This document shows, piece by piece, positions 26,496-34,997 of a stretch of 34,997 bases of DNA (position 1 is the stretch's first letter; the number at the start of each line of letters is the position of its first letter). A program made the translations under genes and the position numbers. This stretch comes from a virus. Its lineage: Duplodnaviria > Caudoviricetes. The notes beneath the pieces were generated by a model, which was not told where the DNA came from, ran no database searches, and saw nothing but the letters and a program-made list of their open reading frames with translations. The stretch covers positions 1 through 34,997 of IMG/VR virus record IMGVR_UViG_3300020162_001113; one strand, given 5' to 3'.

Positions 26496-27662
26496 ATGAA
26501 AATATGCGAAGCAAAAGGTTGCGACCAAGAGTTTGAACCGAACACAGCTAATCACAAATACGCAGACAAAGACTGTCGTAAGTCAATAGACAGTACTGGA
26601 ATCTGCAAATATAGACGACAGAAAGGTTTATTTGAAGTGCCGAAAGATCCAATCACTGGTGAACAACCAGTCTCAGACCCAGAGTTGAGAGTCTCTTTTA
26701 CAAGACTCCAGCAGGAATATAATAAATTAAAAACAAAGAGTGATGATTTAGTCAATGCAGTTTATCAAGCTGTAAGAGATGACATGGCTGACAATAAATA
26801 CAAGCCAGTTCCTAAGCCAACCCTCAGCAAGAAGAAAAGCGGGGAGGAAGTTGCAGTTGCTGTTATTGCAGACTGGCAGCTTGCTAAAATCACCCCTGAT
26901 TACAACTCACAAGTATGTGAGGAAAGAATCTACAAGTTTGCTGAGAAGATCATTAATCTTACCGAGATTCAAAGACAAGACCACCCAGTTCGTGAGCTTA
27001 GAATTTGGGCTTTAGGTGACATTATTGAAGGTGAATTGATATTCCCAGGTCAGTCATTCTTAGTTGATGGTGGTTTGTACAGACAAATCACAGTTGATGG
27101 TCCAAGAATCCTCAAGAACTTTATTAATATCATGCTTGAAAACTTTGAGAAAGTTACATTCGTTGGTGTGATTGGCAATCATGGCTCTATCGGTGGTAGA
27201 GCAAGAAGAGATCATGACCCTGAGACCAACGGTGACAGAATGCTTTATCGCATTGCTCAGTTGATGTTTGAAAATGAAAAGAGAATTGAATTTAAGATTC
27301 CTGATGGTCGTGGTGAGCGTCATTGGTACGCAATTGACAAGATTGGCAATTACAAGGCAATGCTTTGTCATGGCGATCAATTCGGTAGCTTGTCTTCATT
27401 CTACTCATTTCAGAAGAAAGCTTACGGTTGGAAGATCGGTGCATTGAATGAAGATTTTGATGACATTTATATTGGTCATTTCCATACGCCAACTAAAATG
27501 ACATTCAATACTGTACAGTTGAGAATTTCAGGCAGTCCTGAGTCGGTTAATACATACGCTGCGGAAGTTCTAGCGGCTGTGGGTAGACCTTCACAATCTC
27601 TTTATTTCGTACACCCTGAGAAAGGAATGGTGACAGCGGAGTATAACTGCTGGTTAGACTGA
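26496..27662 (+). CDS. Calcineurin-like metallophosphoesterase / nuclease with N-terminal Cys-rich and coiled-coil segments
   Basis: Motifs ADWQ, LGDIIEG, GNHG, HGD, GHFH; likely start ATG 26496 (MKICEAKGC). Confidence 0.82.
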   Translation: MKICEAKGCDQEFEPNTANHKYADKDCRKSIDSTGICKYRRQKGLFEVPKDPITGEQPVSDPELRVSFTRLQQEYNKLKTKSDDLVNAVYQAVRDDMADNKYKPVPKPTLSKKKSGEEVAVAVIADWQLAKITPDYNSQVCEERIYKFAEKIINLTEIQRQDHPVRELRIWALGDIIEGELIFPGQSFLVDGGLYRQITVDGPRILKNFINIMLENFEKVTFVGVIGNHGSIGGRARRDHDPETNGDRMLYRIAQLMFENEKRIEFKIPDGRGERHWYAIDKIGNYKAMLCHGDQFGSLSSFYSFQKKAYGWKIGALNEDFDDIYIGHFHTPTKMTFNTVQLRISGSPESVNTYAAEVLAAVGRPSQSLYFVHPEKGMVTAEYNCWLD

Positions 27663-27663
27663 T

Positions 27664-27885
27664 ATGGTGAAAGCAACAGGCTTCTATTGTAAAAACTGTT
27701 CAGGGAGAATGCTCACTGGTTCACAGTATTACGCATTTCAAAAAAATTATATTGACTTGACATGCGTTAAATGCTCGTCATCAGTTGATATTGAAGTAAG
27801 AAAACTCAACAAAATACTTGGTGCTTTAGGTTTTAAAAAGCTGGAGGAACGGTATGAACTTGCAGACCAAAATAGTCATAAATAA
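27664..27885 (+). CDS. Small zinc-ribbon protein
   Basis: CKNC...CVKC pair. Confidence 0.7.
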   Translation: MVKATGFYCKNCSGRMLTGSQYYAFQKNYIDLTCVKCSSSVDIEVRKLNKILGALGFKKLEERYELADQNSHK

Positions 27886-28294
27886 GTTCTATAAATATTC
27901 AAACACTATTGTTAAAGTTAAGAAAATTACAAAAAATCTTAATAAAATTTTAGTAACTGATTTAACAAGTAAACAAGAGATGGTCATGCCCTATGAAGGG
28001 GCAGAGTTGATTATGCATAGAATTTATACAATTGGCGAAGTTGCAAAGATTGTTGAGAAAAGATCAGACACTATTCGCAAGTATGAAAAAAAAGGTCTTA
28101 TCCCAAGTGGAAAGAAATTTAGTGAATCTTGTGAAAGTTATAAGAATTGGCGGTATTATGACAGGGAAGATGTTTACAATATGGTATCATTCTTCAACGG
28201 CAGAACACCAGGGAGACCTATAGCCGATAAAAATATAAATGTACAAGCAAAAGTAATTAGAATATCCGAAAAAATAAAGATAGGAAAAAGGTAA
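27854..28294 (+). CDS. MerR-like helix-turn-helix DNA-binding protein
   Basis: YTIGEVAKIVEKRSDTIRKYEKKGLIP...WRYYDREDV; GGAGG RBS. Confidence 0.85.
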   Translation: MNLQTKIVINKFYKYSNTIVKVKKITKNLNKILVTDLTSKQEMVMPYEGAELIMHRIYTIGEVAKIVEKRSDTIRKYEKKGLIPSGKKFSESCESYKNWRYYDREDVYNMVSFFNGRTPGRPIADKNINVQAKVIRISEKIKIGKR

Positions 28295-28295
28295 T

Positions 28296-28505
28296 ATGAC
28301 AACTCCATTAAATGAAAATCAGGTTGAATTGTGGGCTTCAGTAGGCATCACAAAGAACTTAGGTAACTACGAATCACTTCGTCTTGATGCTGGCGCAAGA
28401 GTAATTGCTTCCAGTATTGATGATGAAAAGTCTTGGGGCAAGTTGTGGGATTCAATTGACTCACAAATTGAAGCGAAGCTCCAAGAGCTTGACGCAGAGA
28501 AGTAA
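28296..28505 (+). CDS. Hypothetical phage protein
   Basis: 69 aa; VGITKNLGNYESLRLDAG motif, which I recall from actinophage replication regions; function unknown. Confidence 0.7.
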   Translation: MTTPLNENQVELWASVGITKNLGNYESLRLDAGARVIASSIDDEKSWGKLWDSIDSQIEAKLQELDAEK

Positions 28506-28796
28506 TTGGAAAAGTGGAGAAACAAAGCACTCTGCGCTGAAGATGTAAATAGCATTCACTGGTTTTCTTATAAATACGAAGAAGTCCAGTACGCAAAAAA
28601 TATTTGCAAATCATGCGAGGTTAGGAAAGAATGCCTAATCAATGCGTGGAGTGAAGAAACCATTTATGGCGTTAATGGCGGTTTCTCCGAATTTGATATA
28701 CTGTTAGCAACTTGGAAGAAAGCTAAAAAAGAAAATGATAACAACTGGTCAAGAACTGATAGAGTACTTCAAAAGCTTCTGCGCAAAGCAGAATAA
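28506..28796 (+). CDS. whiB: WhiB-family Fe-S transcription regulator
   Basis: WRNKALC...AKNICKSCEVRKECL...YGVNGG: four Cys in WhiB spacing plus the GxxGG turn. Confidence 0.88.
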   Translation: MEKWRNKALCAEDVNSIHWFSYKYEEVQYAKNICKSCEVRKECLINAWSEETIYGVNGGFSEFDILLATWKKAKKENDNNWSRTDRVLQKLLRKAE

Positions 28797-29040
28797 GTTA
28801 TTTATTCCAGACTCTCCAAGGCAGGAAGCGGTTGCTGACTCCCTTGTTAGTTTTTACAAGACAGACAACCTTAGACTCGGAGTGGAAAGCTTTATCAAGA
28901 GCAGACCAGGACCGTTTTTAGTTTTTGATTTTGCAATAGAATCAAGAGCGTTTGTTGAAAAAGCTGAGTTTGATAAAAAATCTGGTGATAAATTTAAGTC
29001 CATAGTGGAAGAAACTAAAAAGAGAATGGAGACAGAGTGA
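28735..29040 (+). CDS. Hypothetical protein upstream of DnaB (possible helicase loader/initiator partner)
   Basis: 101 aa, coupled to dnaB by a GTGA overlap; function inferred from position only. Confidence 0.6.
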   Translation: MITTGQELIEYFKSFCAKQNKLFIPDSPRQEAVADSLVSFYKTDNLRLGVESFIKSRPGPFLVFDFAIESRAFVEKAEFDKKSGDKFKSIVEETKKRMETE

Positions 29041-30251
29041 ATTACGAAGTAAGACTTCTAAATTCTATTGTTGATACCCAAGACTATGTAACTGCTGTAA
29101 ATAGCGGTGTTGAAAATGTATTTTTGGAATATCGTGATGTTTGGAATTTCATAGTTTCTCATTATGAAACACACAGCAAGGTTCCGTCAAAGGAAACAGT
29201 GAAGCAACATCATCAGGATTTTGAATTCATTTCTACTCCAGAGCCAATTGCTTACTACATTGATGAGGCAAAGAAAGAATCTCTTTCGTATCAGACTAGG
29301 GGTATTGTTGCTAAGGCGCATGGTCTTATCAATGAGTCTGGTCCTAAAGAGGCTTTATCATTTTTGATGGAAGAAACTTCAAAGCTTTATAAGTTTTCAT
29401 CAAACCTAAAAGACACCGATCTTGCTGGGGAATGGAAAGACAGAGTTAGGGATTTAAAAGCTAGATCCCTCAATCCTAAAGCAATCGCTGGAATCCCTAG
29501 CGGTATTGATGTTATTGACAAGGTATTTGGCGGTTGGCAATCGGGTGACTTCATTGTTCTTCTTGGCTGGACTGGCGTTGGTAAATCCTTTATTGCAAGA
29601 CTGTTCGCTGTTAATGCTTGGAAAGCTGGCTATAGACCGTTGATCATTTCTTTGGAGATGAATAAGCAACAAGAAGGGCAGAGACTTGACACGCTTTTAA
29701 ATAACGGCGAGGGGCACTTTACAAACACAGACTTGATTAAAGCCAATCCAGGAATTGTTGATGGCTATGAGAAGTGGGCGGAGGCTACTTTTGAAGGTAA
29801 GCATGCTATCCATCTTGTTACATCAGAGGGGCTTGAAACAGCAGACCAAAACATGGTGCAAGCAAAGATTGATCAGTATCACCCTGATATGGTCATTCTT
29901 GACTACCACAGCTTGTTTGATGATTCAAGCGGTGCTAAGAATGAAACAGAAAAGGCTAAGAACCTTTCTAAGGCATTTAAGCGAATTGCGGTAAAAAATG
30001 GCATCCCTATCATAGATGTTGCCGCAGTAACAATGTCTGACGGTCACTCAGAGAGACCGCCAGAGCTAGAAGAGGTTGCGTGGAGTAAGCAGTTGGCTTA
30101 CGATGCCGATCTTGTGCTTGCTATTCACAGAGAACTATCATCTGATTTGTTTCAGGTGGTATCAAGAAAAGTCCGTAGAGCGTCACACTTTGGTTTCTAC
30201 CTTAGATGGAATCTAGAAACTGGTAAGTGGGTAGAAGAGTGGGATATTTAA
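29037..30251 (+). CDS. dnaB: DnaB-like replicative helicase
   Basis: GIPSGIDVIDKVFGGWQSGD, Walker A GWTGVGKS, ISLEM, Walker B VILDY, AYDADLVL. Confidence 0.93.
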   Translation: MNYEVRLLNSIVDTQDYVTAVNSGVENVFLEYRDVWNFIVSHYETHSKVPSKETVKQHHQDFEFISTPEPIAYYIDEAKKESLSYQTRGIVAKAHGLINESGPKEALSFLMEETSKLYKFSSNLKDTDLAGEWKDRVRDLKARSLNPKAIAGIPSGIDVIDKVFGGWQSGDFIVLLGWTGVGKSFIARLFAVNAWKAGYRPLIISLEMNKQQEGQRLDTLLNNGEGHFTNTDLIKANPGIVDGYEKWAEATFEGKHAIHLVTSEGLETADQNMVQAKIDQYHPDMVILDYHSLFDDSSGAKNETEKAKNLSKAFKRIAVKNGIPIIDVAAVTMSDGHSERPPELEEVAWSKQLAYDADLVLAIHRELSSDLFQVVSRKVRRASHFGFYLRWNLETGKWVEEWDI

Positions 30252-30418
30252 TGAAAACTGTAGTTAAAGGCGAAGTAAAAGATATTGAAACCCTCAGCAG
30301 GCTTAGACCCTGGATGGAGGATGAAGCTCGTAAGAAATATGGCAATTTTGGTAAAACAAAGTTGATCACAGACTATGATGCAGGTAGGGATGTCTACAAA
30401 TTCAAACTTCTTAGCTAG
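30251..30418 (+). CDS. Small hypothetical protein (55 aa)
   Basis: ATG at 30251 overlaps the dnaB stop (TAATG); fills the dnaB-dnaG gap. Confidence 0.6.
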   Translation: MKTVVKGEVKDIETLSRLRPWMEDEARKKYGNFGKTKLITDYDAGRDVYKFKLLS

Positions 30419-31310
30419 CTCTATTGAGGAAGAGATACTGTCGTTATTTAATAACTACAATGTCTCAATTCAAAGTGCTAATGGTGAAGAGTTGAATGTC
30501 TATTGTCCTTTTCACAAGAATACGCATAGCGCCGCTATGTATATCAATGTTAGAACTGGTCTATGGCAATGCTTTAATCCGTCATGCGGTAAAAAAGGTA
30601 ATTTTAGACAGCTATATTTTAATGTTACTGGCAAGACCTACAGTAAACACATAGAGCTGGACAGTCACAAGCTTGATAAAGAGCTAAACAGTTATAAGTA
30701 TCAAGTTGAAGATGTTAATGAGTTATCAATTGATAATTTGATGATAGACTACGAAGATCAATCTGATCTATTACAAACAATGATTGAGCGTGGTTTGGAT
30801 ATTAATACAATGAGGCACTTTGAGGTTGGATTTTCATCTGAAAAGAACCGTGTTGTAATCCCAGTCAGGTCTCATAATTATGAGCTAGTAGGATTAATTG
30901 GCAGAGCAATTGAGTCAACTCAACAGCCTAGATATCTATACAATAAAGGCTTTAAGCGAGCAGATGTGTTATTCAACATTCATAATGCCAAGAATTACAA
31001 TTCGGTTATTGTAGTTGAAGGTAGTGTTGATTGCATGTTTGTTCATCAAGCTGGTTTTCCAAATGTAGTAGCAACACTTGGTGCTGCAGTGTCAAAAAAT
31101 CAAGGGAATATGATAAGACGGTTTTTTGATAAAGTTATCTTGTTTTGTGACAATGATGATGCTGGTATGGCAATGAGATGTGCTATGATAGAGATGTGCC
31201 GAGGCAAAGAAATCTCGGTAGTAAGAATCCCCGAAGGAGTTAAAGACCCTGCGGAGATGACTAAAGAACAAATAGCAGAAGCTATAAACAACAAAGAAAT
31301 AATCATATAG
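30390..31310 (+). CDS. dnaG: DnaG-type DNA primase
   Basis: CHC2 zinc finger CPFH...CFNPSC; Toprim VVEGSVD and DNDDAG; KDPAE; start could be 30375 or 30390. Confidence 0.92.
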   Translation: MSTNSNFLASSIEEEILSLFNNYNVSIQSANGEELNVYCPFHKNTHSAAMYINVRTGLWQCFNPSCGKKGNFRQLYFNVTGKTYSKHIELDSHKLDKELNSYKYQVEDVNELSIDNLMIDYEDQSDLLQTMIERGLDINTMRHFEVGFSSEKNRVVIPVRSHNYELVGLIGRAIESTQQPRYLYNKGFKRADVLFNIHNAKNYNSVIVVEGSVDCMFVHQAGFPNVVATLGAAVSKNQGNMIRRFFDKVILFCDNDDAGMAMRCAMIEMCRGKEISVVRIPEGVKDPAEMTKEQIAEAINNKEIII

Positions 31311-31320
31311 GAGACAAAAC

Positions 31321-31962
31321 ATGTCATTTCAATCATTAAAATCACTAAAAGACTTGGAAAAGTCAGTAGCAAAACCAGGTGCGTCAGCAGGACCGAAGAA
31401 ATTCTTCACAGTCCAAGCTGGTCAATCGTACCGCATTCGCTTCCGTCAGGAACTGACAGAAGATTCAACAAATTACGATGAGAATATCGGAACAGCAATT
31501 AATGTTCCAGTTATTACATCACCAATTAACTGGAAGTGGAGAGTAGCTTCCACTGCAGGTCTTGAGAAGTTTAACTACCGTTGCTGGGGTACTGAACAAG
31601 CAACTGTGGATAAGGCTTGGAGACCAAAGCCCCATCTTTTGATTAATATTGCGGTAGAAATGGAGCCAGGTGTTTGGGAACCGAGAGTTCTTGACACGAC
31701 ATTCAACCAGCGCCATATTGGTCTTACACTTATTGAATACGCAAAGGAATTCGGCACAATTACCGATAGATTCTACAAGTATTCACGCACAGGCTCTTCT
31801 GCATCGGATACAAACTATTCATTGATTCCGCTTGATTCTTCACCAGAACCAAAGCAGATTACTGAATTGCCAATGCATCAGCTTGACAGTGTGTATATGA
31901 TGCTTCCATATGAGAAGCAGCAAATGTTCCTCACCACTGGTGAGATGAAAGATTCCTGGTAA
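31321..31962 (+). CDS. Single-stranded DNA-binding protein (phage gp32-like)
   Basis: AGGAG RBS; follows primase; IRFRQEL...YSRTGSSASDTNYSLIP pattern of phage SSBs; followed by a terminator. Confidence 0.7.
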   Translation: MSFQSLKSLKDLEKSVAKPGASAGPKKFFTVQAGQSYRIRFRQELTEDSTNYDENIGTAINVPVITSPINWKWRVASTAGLEKFNYRCWGTEQATVDKAWRPKPHLLINIAVEMEPGVWEPRVLDTTFNQRHIGLTLIEYAKEFGTITDRFYKYSRTGSSASDTNYSLIPLDSSPEPKQITELPMHQLDSVYMMLPYEKQQMFLTTGEMKDSW

Positions 31963-31975
31963 TCATTAACGAATT

Positions 31976-32003
31976 AGGGGAGGGCGAAAGCCCTCCCTTT
32001 TTT
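31976..32003 (+). terminator. Rho-independent terminator
   Basis: GGGAGGGC-GAAA-GCCCTCCC stem with a GNRA loop followed by T6. Confidence 0.9.
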
Positions 32004-32032
32004 CATGCTCAAAAATATACAATCGGAGAAAA

Positions 32033-32575
32033 ATGGAATTTGTAAATAAAGCAATTGTTTTGGATTTAGATGGCGTAATTGCCAATATAGATAAGTCAGT
32101 GTCCGATCATTTATTTTATACGCATGGAGTTAGTGATGAGGACTATGGATCATGGTTCACGACTAACACAACAGACGAGAACGCATTAAAGCTCTTCAGG
32201 GATAATTTGTTTTGGAGAAACATGAAGCCATTTGAGGATGCATATTTTCAAGTAAATTATTGGTTTAGTCTTGGCATTGATGTAAACATAGTGACTGCTA
32301 GAAGGCAACCAGCCGCTGTTGAGGAGACAGTGCCTTGGCTAGATATGTGGAGAATAAATACTGCCAGACCAAGATTTTCGGAATTTGGAAAGAAAATTGA
32401 TATCATCAAGGAAATTGATCCACTGTTTGTAGTGGAAGATAATCCACATGAAATAGAAATATTACAAGAGTATGGAGTAAAGTGTTTTCTTCGTGCGGCG
32501 TGGTATAATCAGGCTTATTGGAACAAAATGGACACGATTGAATCGTTGTTTGAAATAGATTTGGAGAATCTGTGA
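32033..32575 (+). CDS. HAD-superfamily 5'(3')-deoxyribonucleotidase-like phosphatase
   Basis: Motif I DLDGVIA, motif II VTAR, K, and VEDNP; FWRNMKP. Confidence 0.82.
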   Translation: MEFVNKAIVLDLDGVIANIDKSVSDHLFYTHGVSDEDYGSWFTTNTTDENALKLFRDNLFWRNMKPFEDAYFQVNYWFSLGIDVNIVTARRQPAAVEETVPWLDMWRINTARPRFSEFGKKIDIIKEIDPLFVVEDNPHEIEILQEYGVKCFLRAAWYNQAYWNKMDTIESLFEIDLENL

Positions 32576-34997
32576 CGGATTTCGTTCACTTACATTGTCA
32601 TTCTGAATACTCACTACTAGACGGAATGTCAACACCAGAAGAGATAGCAAAAATTACAAGCACCAATGGTCAAGTAGCTGCGGCTATTACAGATCACGGG
32701 ACAATGGGCGGGGTGTTGAAGTTCCAGGATGCTTGTCTTGCTAATAATGTAAAGCCATTGTTCGGAGTAGAGGCTTACTTCGTACCATCTATTGAATCAG
32801 ATAGCGAGGACAAGAGCGAGCGCTTCCATCTAATTCTGCTGGCTAAGAATAATGATGGTCTTAAAAAGCTATTTAGGATGAATCAAAAGGCTTGGGGAGA
32901 CAACTTCTACTATAAGCCTAGAATTGATTTCAACTTGCTGGAAGAGCTTGTTGATAATGATGTTATCTCATTGTCGGGTTGTATGGGTAGCGCTATCTCT
33001 AAGGCTATTGATGTGGGCGATATGGACAGAGCAGCCCAGTTGTCCGAAAGATTTATAAAGATATTTAAAGATGATTTCTACTTTGAAATTCAATCATGGA
33101 ACCCTAAGCATATAAATGACGGGTTAATTCAATTAGCAGACACCTATAACCGACCTGTACTAGCTACTGCTGATTGTCATTTTCCCAGTCGTAAGGACAA
33201 GGGCTGTGAAGAGGTCTTGCTAATGCTCTCACAATACCCAAGCCTATCTGCCGCAGATCAACGCCATGCTAAGGACCATGCTGATTGCTTACATAACCCA
33301 TCCCTTGATATGGTGGCAAAAATCAACAATATGTATCCTAACAGGCATCTTAGGTTTGATGAGATTAACCCGTATGTGGCTGGTGCTGATGAGGTGGCTT
33401 CTTGGTTCAAAGATGCTGGCTACGACAGAATTGACATTCTGGAAAATACGATGGAAGTTGCGGAGAAGTGTACGGCTCGGATGGAAAAGCGGAAGAACCT
33501 GTTGCCGAAGTATATGAAGTCCATGAGTTCGGATGATTACCTAATGGAGATTACAAAGTTCCGTTTGAAAGAGCTGGGATACTTCACCGATGAGGCTTAT
33601 GTAAAGCGTCTTGACGAAGAGTTGAAAATTATTGAGCAACTCGGCTTTGCGGATTACTTTTTAATTGTATGGGATTTGGTGAAGTGGGCTGACAATAACG
33701 GCATTGGTCGTGGTACTGGTCGTGGGTCTGTTGGCGGTAGTGTCTTGGCGTTTTTGTTGGACATTACTCAAGTTGATCCAATCAAATACAATTTGCTGTT
33801 TGCTCGCTTTATTAATCCTGAGCGTAACGACTATCCCGACATTGACTTGGACTTTGAAGATAAGCGCCGTGATGAGGTTAAAACTTATCTCGCCACTCGC
33901 TGGGGTAAAGATAATGTAGCGGCAATTTCTATCTATGGTACTTTCAAATCAAAGAGTGCGGTTAAAGATGTTGCAAGAGTGCTACAAGTTCCGTTTGCCG
34001 AAATCAACTCCATCACACCGTTTTTTGAAACGATTGATGAGCTTAAAGCCACCGACAAGGGCAAGGTCTTTATCAAGAAATACCCCGATGTTGTACCGTT
34101 GGCATCAAGGTTGGAGAATCGGATTCGTACCGCTGGAGTCCATGCGGCTGGAATGGTGGTTTCCTCCGTTCCGTTGACCGATGTTTGCCCCGTTGAATCC
34201 CGTAAAGATTCTCAGGGTGGAGACCGTTCGGCTGTTACCGCTTTTGCGATGGAAGATGCCGAAGCCGTTGGGCTTATTAAAATAGATGTTTTGGGTCTAA
34301 AGACCGTATCTGTGATTAAAGATTGCTTAGCGAAGATCCAGGAGCGTCTGGGGATAGATGTGAGGGCTCAATCACTCAAGCTGGATGACCATAAAGTGTT
34401 TGAAAACTTTAACAATATCAACACTGTGGGTATCTTTCAGGCTGATGCGGCTGCTTATAGAAACCTCATTGAAAGAATGGGTATTGACAATTTTAATGAC
34501 CTTGTTGTGTCTAACGCATTGGTTAGACCTGGAGCTTTGCTCTCGCAGGGGCAGAGATATATTGACTGCAAAAAGGGTGTTACTAAGCCTAAGTACCCTG
34601 ACGAAGTAGTGCGAGAAATCTTGGAAGAAACTTACGGTACTGTAATTTTCCAAGAGCAACTTATGCAAATGGCTGTGTTGCTCGCAGACTTTACTTGGTC
34701 AGAAGCCGACTCGTTGCGTAAGATCATTGGTAAGAAGCGAGATGTAGCTGGCTTTGATAAGTACAAAGAGAAGTTCGTAAATAACAAGTATCTCACTCCA
34801 GCACAATCTGAAAAGATTTGGGCTGAGTTTGAAATGTCAGCGCTGTATATGTTTAACAAATCACACGCTGTTGCTTACTCACTCATGTCGTATCAGACAA
34901 TGTGGTTGAAAATCAACTACCCTCTTGAATTCATTTGGGCGCTTCTTTACAATGAGTCTGCATCTGACAAGATCACCGCTTACTTGATGGAAGCACA
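32572..34997 (+). CDS. dnaE: DNA polymerase III alpha subunit (partial, runs off the window; not in the supplied ORF track)
   Basis: GTG at 32572 (GTGA overlap) opens MTDFVHLHCHSEYSLLDG (PHP domain), AITDHG, GRGSVGGS, catalytic YPDIDLDF, HAAG, KIDVLGL, FNKSHAVAY. Confidence 0.96.
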   Translation, partial: MTDFVHLHCHSEYSLLDGMSTPEEIAKITSTNGQVAAAITDHGTMGGVLKFQDACLANNVKPLFGVEAYFVPSIESDSEDKSERFHLILLAKNNDGLKKLFRMNQKAWGDNFYYKPRIDFNLLEELVDNDVISLSGCMGSAISKAIDVGDMDRAAQLSERFIKIFKDDFYFEIQSWNPKHINDGLIQLADTYNRPVLATADCHFPSRKDKGCEEVLLMLSQYPSLSAADQRHAKDHADCLHNPSLDMVAKINNMYPNRHLRFDEINPYVAGADEVASWFKDAGYDRIDILENTMEVAEKCTARMEKRKNLLPKYMKSMSSDDYLMEITKFRLKELGYFTDEAYVKRLDEELKIIEQLGFADYFLIVWDLVKWADNNGIGRGTGRGSVGGSVLAFLLDITQVDPIKYNLLFARFINPERNDYPDIDLDFEDKRRDEVKTYLATRWGKDNVAAISIYGTFKSKSAVKDVARVLQVPFAEINSITPFFETIDELKATDKGKVFIKKYPDVVPLASRLENRIRTAGVHAAGMVVSSVPLTDVCPVESRKDSQGGDRSAVTAFAMEDAEAVGLIKIDVLGLKTVSVIKDCLAKIQERLGIDVRAQSLKLDDHKVFENFNNINTVGIFQADAAAYRNLIERMGIDNFNDLVVSNALVRPGALLSQGQRYIDCKKGVTKPKYPDEVVREILEETYGTVIFQEQLMQMAVLLADFTWSEADSLRKIIGKKRDVAGFDKYKEKFVNNKYLTPAQSEKIWAEFEMSALYMFNKSHAVAYSLMSYQTMWLKINYPLEFIWALLYNESASDKITAYLMEA

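Larger units (their letters stand above)
1..34997 (+). mobile_element. Tailed phage (siphovirus-like) genome segment, probably infecting Actinobacteria
   Basis: Canonical siphovirus order (adaptor, closure, neck, terminator, major tail, chaperone, tape measure, distal tail, hub, fibre) followed by a replication module; all genes co-oriented; WhiB present; no host housekeeping context or integrase visible. Confidence 0.95.

Noticed and set aside
33266-34859. Short ORFs listed in the track over the last 2 kb
   Set aside because: They are alternate-frame or antisense overlaps of dnaE, which the track missed because it has no stop in the window
1-34997. Alternative genetic code, tRNA genes, integrase or lysis genes
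   Set aside because: Genes are intact under the standard code with TAA, TAG and TGA all used as stops; intergenic gaps are short with no cloverleaf; no integrase, holin or endolysin motifs recognised
32572-34997. Intein or intron in dnaE (also checked dnaB)
   Set aside because: Conserved motifs are at normal spacing and the frame is uninterrupted in the visible part

Overview
The whole window is a segment of a tailed dsDNA phage genome with siphovirus-type morphogenesis genes, all on the + strand and often translationally coupled. 121-26036 is the head-tail joining and tail module: adaptor, head closure, neck protein, tail terminator, major tail protein, a tail assembly chaperone with a probable -1 frameshift, a 4514-aa tape measure protein, two paralogous distal-tail-like genes, a hub/tip protein with PA14 and LamG domains, and a fibre with a Cys/Pro-rich tip. 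A three-gene cassette (GNAT, six-Cys protein, 2OG-Fe(II) dioxygenase) with its own putative promoter sits inside this module. 26039-34997 holds an HNH endonuclease, a metallophosphoesterase, regulators (MerR-like HTH, WhiB) and replication genes (DnaB, DnaG, SSB, HAD nucleotidase, DnaE truncated by the window end). WhiB, apparent leaderless transcripts and AT-rich DNA suggest a low-GC actinobacterial host such as freshwater lineages (inference). The best candidate for a new system is the fibre-tip plus modification-enzyme cassette. All assignments come from motifs read by eye; no database searches were run.
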